From the NCBI GenBank assembly GCA_021781705.1, contig JAJXWI010000008.1, positions 179-64,178 on the forward strand: DNA of 64,000 nucleotides. The letters run 5' to 3'. The stretch is from a bacterium. GTDB taxonomy: Bacteria; Verrucomicrobiota; Lentisphaeria; Victivallales; GWF2-38-69. Positions 40,324-49,796 of this stretch are shown piece by piece; the first letter of the stretch is position 1; every line of letters starts with the position of its first letter. A program made the translations under genes and the position numbers. The notes under the pieces were generated by a model. The model saw only the letters and a program-made list of their open reading frames with translations. It ran no database searches and was not told the origin of the DNA.

Positions 40324-41376
40324 TCAAGGTTGTGTTTTTATCGGCTTAAGTTCTTTTAACTTTTCTTTTATAGCTGCAAGAAGTTTTGCTTCTAACTCTT
40401 TGTCGTTATTTATTAAATCTTTTACCTGATCTCTGCCCTGCCCAAGCTGTTCGCCATTCAAGGAAATCCATGAGCCTTTCTTTTCCACAATGCCCATATC
40501 GACGGCTACATCAATTACTGACCCTGCTCTTGATATTCCTTCCGCGAATTCAATATCAAATTCAGCTTGCTTGAATGGCGGCGCAAGTTTGTTTTTTACG
40601 ACTTTAACCCTAACTTTACTTCCTATTTCTTCACCTTTACTATCTTTTATAGTTGAAGTTTTGCGGATGTCCATTCTTATCGAACTGTAGAATTTTAACG
40701 CATTCCCGCCAGTAGTTGTTTCCGGATTCCCGTAGACAATTCCTATTTTTTGACGAATCTGGTTTGTAAATATAACGCATGTGCGGCTTTTGCTTATTGC
40801 CCCGGTTATTTTTCGCAATGCCTGAGACATTAATCTTGCCTGAAGTCCCATATGCGAGTCACCCATTTGTCCTTCTATTTCCGCTCTTGGAACAAGTGCG
40901 GCAACAGAGTCTATTACTAGAACATCAATTGAATTGCTTCTGATAAGAGTTTCGGCAATATTGAGAGCGTCTTCTCCGCAATCCGGTTGTGATACAAGTA
41001 AATCGCCTATTTTTACGCCTATCCTTGAAGCATAAGACGGATCAAGCGCGTGTTCCGCATCGATTATGGCGCAAATTCCGCCTGCCTTTTGGGCATTGCC
41101 TATTACATGCAAGCAGACTGTCGTTTTTCCTGAAGATTCCGGACCGTAAATTTCTATAACCCTTCCTCTTGGCAGTCCACCGATTCCAAGCGCCAAATCA
41201 AGAGCAAGCGCTCCAGTACTGATGGTAGCAACGTCGGTTTGAAAAGAGTCATCGCCCAGAAGCATTATTGACCCTTTTCCGTATTCTTTTTCTATCTGGC
41301 TAATTACTATAGACAAATTCTTGTCTTTTGCAGTTTTTTCTTCCGTCTTTTTAACCTGTATTTTTTCTTCTGTCAT
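40324..41376 (-). CDS. recA: Recombinase A
   Basis: 350 aa. Walker [19 protein letters not shown], and canonical RecA core sequence. Confidence 0.98.
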   Translation of the reverse strand: MTEEKIQVKKTEEKTAKDKNLSIVISQIEKEYGKGSIMLLGDDSFQTDVATISTGALALDLALGIGGLPRGRVIEIYGPESSGKTTVCLHVIGNAQKAGGICAIIDAEHALDPSYASRIGVKIGDLLVSQPDCGEDALNIAETLIRSNSIDVLVIDSVAALVPRAEIEGQMGDSHMGLQARLMSQALRKITGAISKSRTCVIFTNQIRQKIGIVYGNPETTTGGNALKFYSSIRMDIRKTSTIKDSKGEEIGSKVRVKVVKNKLAPPFKQAEFDIEFAEGISRAGSVIDVAVDMGIVEKKGSWISLNGEQLGQGRDQVKDLINNDKELEAKLLAAIKEKLKELKPIKTQP

Positions 41377-41581
41377 TATCAGAACCTCATGTTATAAAGT
41401 TGTACATATCGAACATACCGTAAAAAGGGTATTTTGCAATGAAATCAAGGATTTTTTCGGGATAAAATATCCAGTTTTAAAAATAGGTGTGAAACATGAG
41501 TCGAAAAACATTTTTTGCCTGATATATTGGGATCTGTCTGTATTAATATTTCTATGATTGATTGTTTAAGGAGAGAATTCT

Positions 41582-43450
41582 ATGGGAAGAAACAAAAAAA
41601 CTTTTTTGAACATAATTTTTACATTGGTTGTTTTTATTTTTGCCATAACTTTTATGATATTAATTCGTTCGCTGGACAATTATCGATTTCAAGTAGAAAG
41701 CCTCACAAAAAAAATTGAACAAAGTAACAACAAGCTGGATGAACTTCAAAATTCTCTGAAGGCAGGAAATTTCAACAAGAAGGAATATGCCCCTCAACTC
41801 ATTGATAATAAAACTGATACAACCATTTCAAATAGAAGATATTTTGATCCTAATGCTGTTGCCGGCGGCAAACTAGTTACCTCCGAGGCGGCGGCAACCA
41901 AGAATTTGAACTATTTAATAAACAATGAGGCCTTTGCCGGTGAATTGTGGGGTCATACGAGCAGTACGCTTGCGGTTCGCGATTACGAGCATCCCGAAAA
42001 ATTCATGCCGCTTCTTGCCGAGAAGTGGGAATTGGCAGATGACAAGTTAGTGTATGATATCACTCTCCGACAGGGAGTCTTGTGGCATGATTTCAAGGAC
42101 CCTGTTACAGGAAAGGAATGGAAAGATGTAGAAGTAACGGCGGACGACTTTAAATTTTATATTGATGTTATAAAAAACAAGGATGTGGACTGCGCCCCTT
42201 TGCGAGTTTATTACCAGGATATAAGCAAAGTGGAAATTCTTTCGAAGTACCATTTTAAAGTTTTCTGGTCAAAGAAGTATTATCTGTCTGAAGAGCAGAC
42301 TCTGGGGCTGCTTCCTTTGCCAAGGCATTTTTACAAAAGCTACGAAGGCCCCTTTGACGGTAAAAAGTTTAATAACGACTATGAAAGAAACAAGATGATC
42401 ATTAGCTGCGGACCTTACAGCTTTGATTCGTGGGAAGCCGGACAGAAAGTCGTTCTGAAAAGATGGGGAAAATATTTTGGAAACAAATACGGAATAGGAC
42501 CGGCTTTGGATGAGTTGTCTTTTGAAGTTATAGGTCACCCAAACACCAGATTTCAGGCTCTTTTGTCTGGAGATATAGATAGAACAGGCTTAACAGGGGA
42601 ACAATGGACAACCAAAATAAATATTCCTGAATTTGATCCCGAAAGCTCTCAGTTCAAGTTTAAAAAAATTAAATATCCTTCCAGAGCGTACTCTTACATC
42701 GGATATACCCAAAAGAACCCTCTGTTTCAGGATAAAAAGGTGCGTACTGCCTTTACTCATCTTATCGATCGGGAAAAAATTCTCAAAATAGCATGTTTCG
42801 GGCTTGGGAGAGTCGTCAGCGGCCCATTTTTTGTAGACAGTTTGTACTACGATAAAAGCATAACTCCTTATCCATTTTCCATAGAGAAGGCCAAAAAGCT
42901 TCTAAAGGAGGCGGGATGGGAAGACCATGATGGTGACGGAATACTTGACAAGAATGGGAAAAAGTTTGAATTTACGGCTCTTGTGGTTTCAAACAGCTCG
43001 GTGCAGGAAAAAATGTTTCCCATTATTCAAGAGGATATGAAAAAAGCCGGAATAGAAATGAATATCAGCAAAGTCGAATGGTCGGTTTATGTTCAGAGGC
43101 TTGAGAAAAAACAATTTGATGTCGTTTGTCTTGCCTGGGCTTTGCCGATTGAAGGAGATCCTTACCAGGTATGGCACAGCAGTATGGCGGATGTTGAAGG
43201 ATCCAGCAACCATATCAGTTTTAAGAATAAAAAGGCGGATGAAATTATTGAAAAGCTGAGAGTTACCTTTGATATGAATGAGAGGGTAAAACTCTGCCAC
43301 GAGTTTCATAAATTGCTGCATGAAGAACAGCCATACACTTTTCTTTTCTGTAATGATACTCTGATGGCGATCAGAAAAGATTATAAAAATGTCAGGCTGT
43401 TCCCCGCTTATCCTGCTGTTCCTGGAGATATCATGTGGCTTCCGGAATGA
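41582..43450 (+). CDS. ABC-transporter substrate-binding protein, family 5 (peptide/nickel type), membrane-anchored
   Basis: 622 aa with an N-terminal TM or signal anchor. Typical SBP_bac_5 length and motifs (e.g. ...WHDF.DP.TGKE...). No permease or ATPase genes are adjacent. Confidence 0.75.
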   Translation: MGRNKKTFLNIIFTLVVFIFAITFMILIRSLDNYRFQVESLTKKIEQSNNKLDELQNSLKAGNFNKKEYAPQLIDNKTDTTISNRRYFDPNAVAGGKLVTSEAAATKNLNYLINNEAFAGELWGHTSSTLAVRDYEHPEKFMPLLAEKWELADDKLVYDITLRQGVLWHDFKDPVTGKEWKDVEVTADDFKFYIDVIKNKDVDCAPLRVYYQDISKVEILSKYHFKVFWSKKYYLSEEQTLGLLPLPRHFYKSYEGPFDGKKFNNDYERNKMIISCGPYSFDSWEAGQKVVLKRWGKYFGNKYGIGPALDELSFEVIGHPNTRFQALLSGDIDRTGLTGEQWTTKINIPEFDPESSQFKFKKIKYPSRAYSYIGYTQKNPLFQDKKVRTAFTHLIDREKILKIACFGLGRVVSGPFFVDSLYYDKSITPYPFSIEKAKKLLKEAGWEDHDGDGILDKNGKKFEFTALVVSNSSVQEKMFPIIQEDMKKAGIEMNISKVEWSVYVQRLEKKQFDVVCLAWALPIEGDPYQVWHSSMADVEGSSNHISFKNKKADEIIEKLRVTFDMNERVKLCHEFHKLLHEEQPYTFLFCNDTLMAIRKDYKNVRLFPAYPAVPGDIMWLPE

Positions 43451-43454
43451 GTTA

Positions 43455-45674
43455 ATGAAAAATAACATAGCAAGAGTTTTAATAAATCTGAGTCTCAATA
43501 AGTATTTTGATTACAAAATACCGGAAACTCTGCTTGATGAAGTAAAAATAGGTTCTCATGTCACGGTTCCTTTTGGTAAAAGTAGAAGAGAAGGGTGTGT
43601 AGTTGCTATCATCGAAAGCACTAGCTATTTAAAAGAGATCAAGGAGATAGAAAGAGTTTCAGACAGAAAACCAATTATTCCTCGAAATTTGATAGAGCTT
43701 GGCGAATGGATGGCTTCCTATTATTGCTGCTCAAAAGAGCAGGCTATGCGCGCGCTTCTTCCAGGGTCTGTTCGCAGCGGGAAAATCTCGCGTAAAAAAG
43801 TTACATTTCTGTATATTGAAGATTCACAAAAAGCCTCGGAATTTCTTTTCAATAAGGGGAGAAAATATCCGGCCCAGGAGAAAATAGTACAGTTTATTTT
43901 GCAGCATCCTGATGTTTCTATAGGCACATTAAAAGTCCGCACGTCTTGCAGTGATTCATCTATTAAATCATTGGAAAAGGCTGGGATTATCAAAAGAGAA
44001 ATGCGAAATGTTCTACGCGATCCATTTGGAGATTCAGAACTTGTTATGTCAGAACCGCCCGAACTTACGGATGAACAGGCTGTAGCTGTTCGTGAAATAA
44101 CAAATATGCTGGACAAGAAATCCCGCTTTTTTACCGCTCTTCTTTTCGGGGTTACCGGAAGCGGAAAAACGGAAGTTTATCTTCGTGCAATAAACGAGGC
44201 TTTGAACCTGGATAAAGATTCTATCGTCCTTGTTCCCGAAATAGCGCTTACTCCACAAACCACCGAAAGGTTCAGGGCGCGCTTCGGTAATCAGGTTTCT
44301 GTTTTGCACAGTTCTTTGAGTGACGGAGAACGATTTGATGAATGGACAAAAATCTATGAAGGCAAGGTGAAAATAGTAGTCGGAGCAAGAAGCGCTCTAT
44401 TCGCGCCTTTCAAAAAACTTGGGTTGATAATTGTTGACGAGGAACATGAAAATTCATATAAGCAGGATGAGGCGCCGAGGTATAACGCTAGAGATGTTGC
44501 TGTAATGCGATCTTATAGGGAGGGGGCTGTTACGATATTAGGCTCTGCCACGCCGTCGCTTGAATCTTTTTACAATGCTAAACACGGGAAATACGAACTT
44601 ATAAAGCTCACAAAGAGAATAGATGACAGGCTTATGCCTTCTGTATCTGTAATTGATATGCGCGCCGAAAAAGCCGGCAAAGGCAATACAATATTTTCCA
44701 GAGACCTGATATCAGCGGTTTATGATAGGCTTAATAAAAAAGAGCAGACTATTATTTTTCTTAATCGGAGAGGATTCGCTACTCATTTGACCTGTCATGC
44801 CTGCGGGTATACAGCAAACTGTAAAAACTGTTCCGTGGATTACACCTATCATCGTTCAAAGGATTATCTTGCTTGTCACATCTGCGGGGACATAATCGAA
44901 GCTACGCAGAATTGCCCGCAATGTAAAGCTCAAAATATAAAATACTCGGGTGTCGGAACTGAAAAGATAGAGGATATCGCGACAAAGCTTTTCCCGCTCG
45001 CAAAAATAAGCAGAATGGATTCAGATACTATGACAAACAGGAAATCCTATGAAGATATCCTTTTGAATTTTAGGAGGGGTAAAATTGACATACTTATAGG
45101 CACCCAGATGCTTGCCAAGGGATTAGATTTTCCAAATGTAACCCTGGTCGGAATAGTTAACGCCGATTTAAGTTTGCATATCCCTGATTTCAGGGCAGCC
45201 GAAAGAACATTTCAACTTCTTACGCAGGTTGCCGGCCGCGCCGGAAGAGGAGTCATTCCCGGTGAAGTTTTTATCCAGACCTATACACCATTTCATGAGG
45301 CTATAAAATATGCGGTTAACCATGATTATGAAGCTTTTTATAATTATGAGATTCCGACAAGAGATGAACTTTCCTATCCGCCGAAAACACATCTTGCGGT
45401 AATAAGGTTTTCCGGTGAAGAGGAGGATAAAGTTTCCATAGTTGCTGAAGAGTTTATTGAAAAATTAAGCATAATTCGAAACGAGCATCTTATATTTTCG
45501 CCCGTGTCTCCATCGCCTATTTCAAAAATTAAAAATAAATTCCGCTACTCCGTAATGCTTAGAGGGAATTTATCTTACAAGCAAAAAACCTTCATCAAAA
45601 GCCTTATTTTCAACGAATTCAAGAACAAGAAAGTTAATATTATCGTTGATATTGATGCACTAAACTTGATGTAG
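43455..45674 (+). CDS. priA: Primosomal protein N' (replication restart helicase PriA)
   Basis: Walker A GVTGSGKTE, DEEH box IIVDEEHE, and a Cys-rich zinc region CHACG...CKNCS...CHICG...CPQC. The start is set at ATG 43455 (MKNNIARV), just after the upstream stop, rather than at 43389. Confidence 0.93.
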   Translation: MKNNIARVLINLSLNKYFDYKIPETLLDEVKIGSHVTVPFGKSRREGCVVAIIESTSYLKEIKEIERVSDRKPIIPRNLIELGEWMASYYCCSKEQAMRALLPGSVRSGKISRKKVTFLYIEDSQKASEFLFNKGRKYPAQEKIVQFILQHPDVSIGTLKVRTSCSDSSIKSLEKAGIIKREMRNVLRDPFGDSELVMSEPPELTDEQAVAVREITNMLDKKSRFFTALLFGVTGSGKTEVYLRAINEALNLDKDSIVLVPEIALTPQTTERFRARFGNQVSVLHSSLSDGERFDEWTKIYEGKVKIVVGARSALFAPFKKLGLIIVDEEHENSYKQDEAPRYNARDVAVMRSYREGAVTILGSATPSLESFYNAKHGKYELIKLTKRIDDRLMPSVSVIDMRAEKAGKGNTIFSRDLISAVYDRLNKKEQTIIFLNRRGFATHLTCHACGYTANCKNCSVDYTYHRSKDYLACHICGDIIEATQNCPQCKAQNIKYSGVGTEKIEDIATKLFPLAKISRMDSDTMTNRKSYEDILLNFRRGKIDILIGTQMLAKGLDFPNVTLVGIVNADLSLHIPDFRAAERTFQLLTQVAGRAGRGVIPGEVFIQTYTPFHEAIKYAVNHDYEAFYNYEIPTRDELSYPPKTHLAVIRFSGEEEDKVSIVAEEFIEKLSIIRNEHLIFSPVSPSPISKIKNKFRYSVMLRGNLSYKQKTFIKSLIFNEFKNKKVNIIVDIDALNLM

Positions 45675-45675
45675 C

Positions 45676-46425
45676 TTATTCTTCTATTTTATTGTAATAG
45701 CTCAAAGCGGTATTGAACAAATTCAATTCAAAAAAGTCTTTAAATGCAGGGATTTTTCCTTGGGCTAAAGATTGCTTAAAACATTCGAGAAGTGAGTATA
45801 TTTCAGTTACTTTTCTCTTAGTCGAGTTTTTGAAATAGTATTTTTCTTCGAAAAATTCGTTGATTATCAAATTATATATTTCACTGCAAAGATCGTGAAT
45901 GTATATCAGTTCTACCGAAGCATCGTTGAGTATTTCAACTTTTTCTCCTTTTGCAATTTTACTGCAGAAAGTCGCCACGAACGAATTGAAATTTGGCTTG
46001 CAATATGGGCCAAAAACATTTGGCATTATGAGCGTATTTGCTTTGGCATTATTTTTTATTGCCCATTCCTGAAATGCTTTATGTCCTTCTCTTTTCGACT
46101 GATGATAGAGTGATTCGCGGTTTTCATGTGTTGTAGAACCGAAAAGAACCAATGGCTTAAGCTGTTTACTTTCCATAGCACTGATAAGATTGTAAACGAG
46201 CCTCATATTATTCTCGTAAAGTTCCTGCATATTCTCGCCGCGGCTTTTTCCTGCAAAATGAACTATTACATCGCATTTTTTCGCAAATTGGGCCAGACTT
46301 TCCTGTGAATTGAAAACCTCTTTTGAAGAAGGAATCCTTACAACATTTTCTTTTATTCTCAGATAGTTATAAAGATGTGTCCCCAGAAAACCGTCCTGCC
46401 CTAAAATTCCTATCTTTATTTTCAT
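45676..46425 (-). CDS. Short NAD(P)-dependent epimerase/dehydratase-family (SDR) protein
   Basis: 249 aa. N-terminal Rossmann motif ILGQDGFLGTHL and YHQSK (YxxxK). Confidence 0.65.
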   Translation of the reverse strand: MKIKIGILGQDGFLGTHLYNYLRIKENVVRIPSSKEVFNSQESLAQFAKKCDVIVHFAGKSRGENMQELYENNMRLVYNLISAMESKQLKPLVLFGSTTHENRESLYHQSKREGHKAFQEWAIKNNAKANTLIMPNVFGPYCKPNFNSFVATFCSKIAKGEKVEILNDASVELIYIHDLCSEIYNLIINEFFEEKYYFKNSTKRKVTEIYSLLECFKQSLAQGKIPAFKDFFELNLFNTALSYYNKIEE

Positions 46426-47273
46426 GAATTTCCAAGACCTGTTTTCAGGCTATGCAGTAGATGTCTTATTTTGCTGATTTTTTCCCCTTCAAGGGAAGAT
46501 GGTTCTCGGATTGACGGTCCGTGAAACTTTTCCATGATTTCACAGTATTGCTGCAAGGATTCTATCATTAGCCTAAGGGATTCCTCCTTGAGTGTAATGT
46601 TTATTTTATCTGAATTTGCATTCTGTTCTTTTTGTTTTAGTCTTACAAATAGAGGTTTGATATTATAAGACTCTACTAATTGGTCTCTTATTTTTATCAA
46701 TGGCGTAGCAACGGGTTCGTCCGGCAATTTTGTCTCTAGGAAGAACTGAATTGAATCAAGTATTGCAAACGTTGGAGCTGTTCTTTTTGCAAAACTTTCC
46801 TCGTTTACAGCATTAGAAATTCTTTCAAGAACCTTAAAAGATTCTTCTGACGTTCCCAGCTCTATGGTATCTTTGTGTGTGGTAGTCAGTCGTGCAAGCA
46901 CCCCATATGTTTTCTTGAAAGGATGTTCTGTTTTTACAAGAGAAATGTCAGAGATTATGTCGTATAAGTTCAGTAATTTGCTTTTGAACAGTGCATTTAG
47001 CTTTAATATTCCATTGTGGTACAAAGTCCATTCACTGCCTCTTGGAAACTCTCCAGATGTGCTTTCTTCAATTATTATTTTCCCTGCTCCGTTTTTACTC
47101 GGGATAGGCCACAATACGTAGCTCCAATCCGATTCTCTGTGCAGTTTGTTAAGTAGAAACCTTATAGATTCAGTGTAGCCTGGATCATATTCGTTGTTTG
47201 CAAGATAGTTCATGTAGCTTTTTACGGCTTCAAGTACGTGCTCTTTATGTTGATCTTTAACTTTGAAATACAT
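46422..47273 (-). CDS. Hypothetical protein (no recognisable domain)
   Basis: 283-aa ORF. It overlaps the downstream SDR gene by 4 nt, which suggests coupling. Confidence 0.55.
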   Translation of the reverse strand: MYFKVKDQHKEHVLEAVKSYMNYLANNEYDPGYTESIRFLLNKLHRESDWSYVLWPIPSKNGAGKIIIEESTSGEFPRGSEWTLYHNGILKLNALFKSKLLNLYDIISDISLVKTEHPFKKTYGVLARLTTTHKDTIELGTSEESFKVLERISNAVNEESFAKRTAPTFAILDSIQFFLETKLPDEPVATPLIKIRDQLVESYNIKPLFVRLKQKEQNANSDKINITLKEESLRLMIESLQQYCEIMEKFHGPSIREPSSLEGEKISKIRHLLHSLKTGLGNS

Positions 47274-47391
47274 AATAACTCAACGCTTCTATAAACAAAG
47301 GTAATATACAGCGTCTCGCCCCTAGTTTTCGATTTTATTTCTATCGCAAAATTTATCACAAAAATCTGGAAGGTCTAATTAATGAACAAAT

Positions 47392-48327
47392 TTATCCGCC
47401 TTGTGGAGTGAATTTGCCGAGATTCCTGTTTAGCATCTCTTTAAAATTGATATTGAACTTTTTTTTCTCATCTATTCTTATTGCGCTCTTATTCAGGTCA
47501 GAAAAGCTGATGTTGAGATTGGTAAACGATATAGGAATGTAATTTGTATTTCCCTCGGAAGTAAAAACAAACGTGTTCGGAAAAACCCCATATATTGTGT
47601 TTAATTCAGCCGATATGAAGCTATCCTTACCAAAATTTGCAAGGTTGATTGAAAGCACTCCGTTTTTACTAAGTTTCTCTTTTATTCCGTCAAAGAATTC
47701 TCTTGTTGTAAATTGAAAAGGGACTCCTTCGGCGTTGTAAACATCCAGGAATATAATATCGTACTTTTCTTTTGATTTGTTCGCAAATACGCAGCCGTCT
47801 TCAATGACAACATTCATTTTCGAATCCTTCTTGAAATCGAAATATTTTTCAGCAATTGCCGGTATGCTTTTGTCTATTTCCACAATGTCTATTTGTGTTT
47901 CCTTGAAATGCTTTCTGATATACATTGGCATAATTCCTCCGCCCATACCGATAAACAATACTCGCTGAGGCGCCCTTTCAAAAGCGAGCAAAGCTAGAAG
48001 ACCATATCGCGCATAACTGGATACAATCTCATCCGGCTTTTCAGGATTATATATACTCTGAGACCCTTTTCGAGGGAGAAAAACAAGATGCCTGTTTCCT
48101 GACTCATCCAGCTCTACTCTTACATAAAAATATTGTGTCTCGGTCTCATATAGAGTTTTTCTTACTTCGGGGTGCGGCAGGAGAATAGCTATTGGCTGAT
48201 ACATGTAATATAGCGTATTTGCAAAAAGAGAAGCCGATGACGGCTTCAGCTCTTCCGCTCCTCTTAAGCCCAAAGTAATGCTTAAAACAAAAGCAAGGAT
48301 AAGTATGGATGTGTGCTTTTTAAACAA
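47392..48327 (-). CDS. Spermidine-synthase-like class I methyltransferase-fold protein, signal-anchored
   Basis: 311 aa. SAM/dcSAM-binding pattern VLFIGMGGG...IDIVEID...YDIIFLDVYN. Confidence 0.7.
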   Translation of the reverse strand: MFKKHTSILILAFVLSITLGLRGAEELKPSSASLFANTLYYMYQPIAILLPHPEVRKTLYETETQYFYVRVELDESGNRHLVFLPRKGSQSIYNPEKPDEIVSSYARYGLLALLAFERAPQRVLFIGMGGGIMPMYIRKHFKETQIDIVEIDKSIPAIAEKYFDFKKDSKMNVVIEDGCVFANKSKEKYDIIFLDVYNAEGVPFQFTTREFFDGIKEKLSKNGVLSINLANFGKDSFISAELNTIYGVFPNTFVFTSEGNTNYIPISFTNLNISFSDLNKSAIRIDEKKKFNINFKEMLNRNLGKFTPQGG

Positions 48328-48328
48328 A

Positions 48329-48937
48329 TTAAAAAGAAAAATTAAAGAATGGGAAGAATGGCAACCAGCCGTCCTGAATGATGTTAATTAATCCGAACTG
48401 GAGCCCTTTTCGTTCTACCATGTTAAAAATTCCGAACTGGATGCCTTTTTGATGTACGGTGTAATTGACTGCTCCGAGCTGAACGCCCCTCATATTTTTT
48501 AATGTTGCATTCACCACTGCCAAATCAAAGCCCGTGGAATTCTGAAAGTTCAAGTTTAGCACGCTTAATTGAAAACCTTTTGTCCATTCAGTAGAAATAT
48601 TTGCAAGACCGCAGCGAACTCCTTCTACAATTTTTGAATGATTAATCAATCCCGAACATTGAACACCGTATACATAATCGGAATAACTTAAAACAGGAGT
48701 AATTTCGACGCCGTCAACACCACCGGTACCGCCGCTGACAGGAAACCCTGTTCTCACTCCGTAGACAGCTTTGTCCGTATACGGGGGCATTCCAGGCCAG
48801 AAAACAATCTGAAGGACAGGCCACCACCCATGTGATTGCGCTTCCGTCTGGGCGCTTGTTTGCTGATAATCGTATGCTATTACCTGGCTTATAACAACGA
48901 ATGACACGACCAATGATGCAAATAAAACTTTTTTCAT
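48329..48937 (-). CDS. Secreted repeat protein with periodic G(V/I/L)Q(F/L)G..N motif
   Basis: 202 aa with a signal peptide. The C-terminal half carries repeated units: GVQCSGLIN, GVRCGLAN, GFQLSVLN, GFDLAVVN, GVQLGAVN, GIQFGIFN, GLQFGLIN. Confidence 0.6.
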   Translation of the reverse strand: MKKVLFASLVVSFVVISQVIAYDYQQTSAQTEAQSHGWWPVLQIVFWPGMPPYTDKAVYGVRTGFPVSGGTGGVDGVEITPVLSYSDYVYGVQCSGLINHSKIVEGVRCGLANISTEWTKGFQLSVLNLNFQNSTGFDLAVVNATLKNMRGVQLGAVNYTVHQKGIQFGIFNMVERKGLQFGLINIIQDGWLPFFPFFNFSF

Positions 48938-49156
48938 TTTAACTCCAATGCTTGTGATATTAATCTTGTTTTTTGTTTTGCAATTATAACGTTAAGTCTG
49001 TTACTAATAAATACCGGTTTCTTTTTTTCTTTACTGAATTCTGTTATAGAATTATTTTGTTAGAGTTGTGATTTACGATAGTCAAGTTAGTTTAAGATAG
49101 GTGGATAGTATTGACTGTAAAGTGTACATAAAAACAATTTATGTGAGATAAAAAAT

Positions 49157-49759
49157 ATGAAAGAATTTTTATCTACGGCTGTAATTCTATTTTTAATAAT
49201 GGATCCTATTGGAAATGTTCCTGTGTTCCTTTCAGTTTTAAAAACTGTTCCCGAAGAACGAAGGAAGAAAATTCTGGTAAGGGAGCTGATTGTCGCTTTG
49301 CTGGTTTTACTTATTTTTTTCTTCATTGGTAAATACTTGATTATTTTTTTGCGCTTATCCCAAGAATCAATATGTATAAGTGGCGGCATAATCCTTTTCA
49401 TTATAGCATTGAAGATGATTTTCCCGTCCTATTACAGTGATCATGCCGAGAATTCTGGCAATGAACCTGTTATAGTGCCTCTTGCTGTTCCTTTGGTAGC
49501 TGGGCCTTCCGCTCTTGCCGTTATCCTCCTTCTCCCTCAAACGCCTTTTGCTGTATTGGTAAACAATTTGCTGGCGCTGTTTTGCGCCTGGATTGTGTCA
49601 GCCGCTATTTTAGTTTCTTCAACGAGACTTTATGCCATTTTGAAGATGAAAGGATTGATGGCAATGGAAAGACTTATGGGAATGATTCTCATTCTTATGG
49701 CTGTACAGATGTTTCTTGATGGGGTAAAAATGATGCTTTCCGGGGTTTCTTTAAAATAA
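49157..49759 (+). CDS. MarC-family (UPF0056) integral membrane protein
   Basis: 200 aa, 6 TM segments. The N-terminal signature is LFLIMDPIGNVPVFLSV. Confidence 0.8.
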   Translation: MKEFLSTAVILFLIMDPIGNVPVFLSVLKTVPEERRKKILVRELIVALLVLLIFFFIGKYLIIFLRLSQESICISGGIILFIIALKMIFPSYYSDHAENSGNEPVIVPLAVPLVAGPSALAVILLLPQTPFAVLVNNLLALFCAWIVSAAILVSSTRLYAILKMKGLMAMERLMGMILILMAVQMFLDGVKMMLSGVSLK

Positions 49760-49796
49760 GGTTGATTTTGAAATAAAATACGGTTGATAGCTTTAT

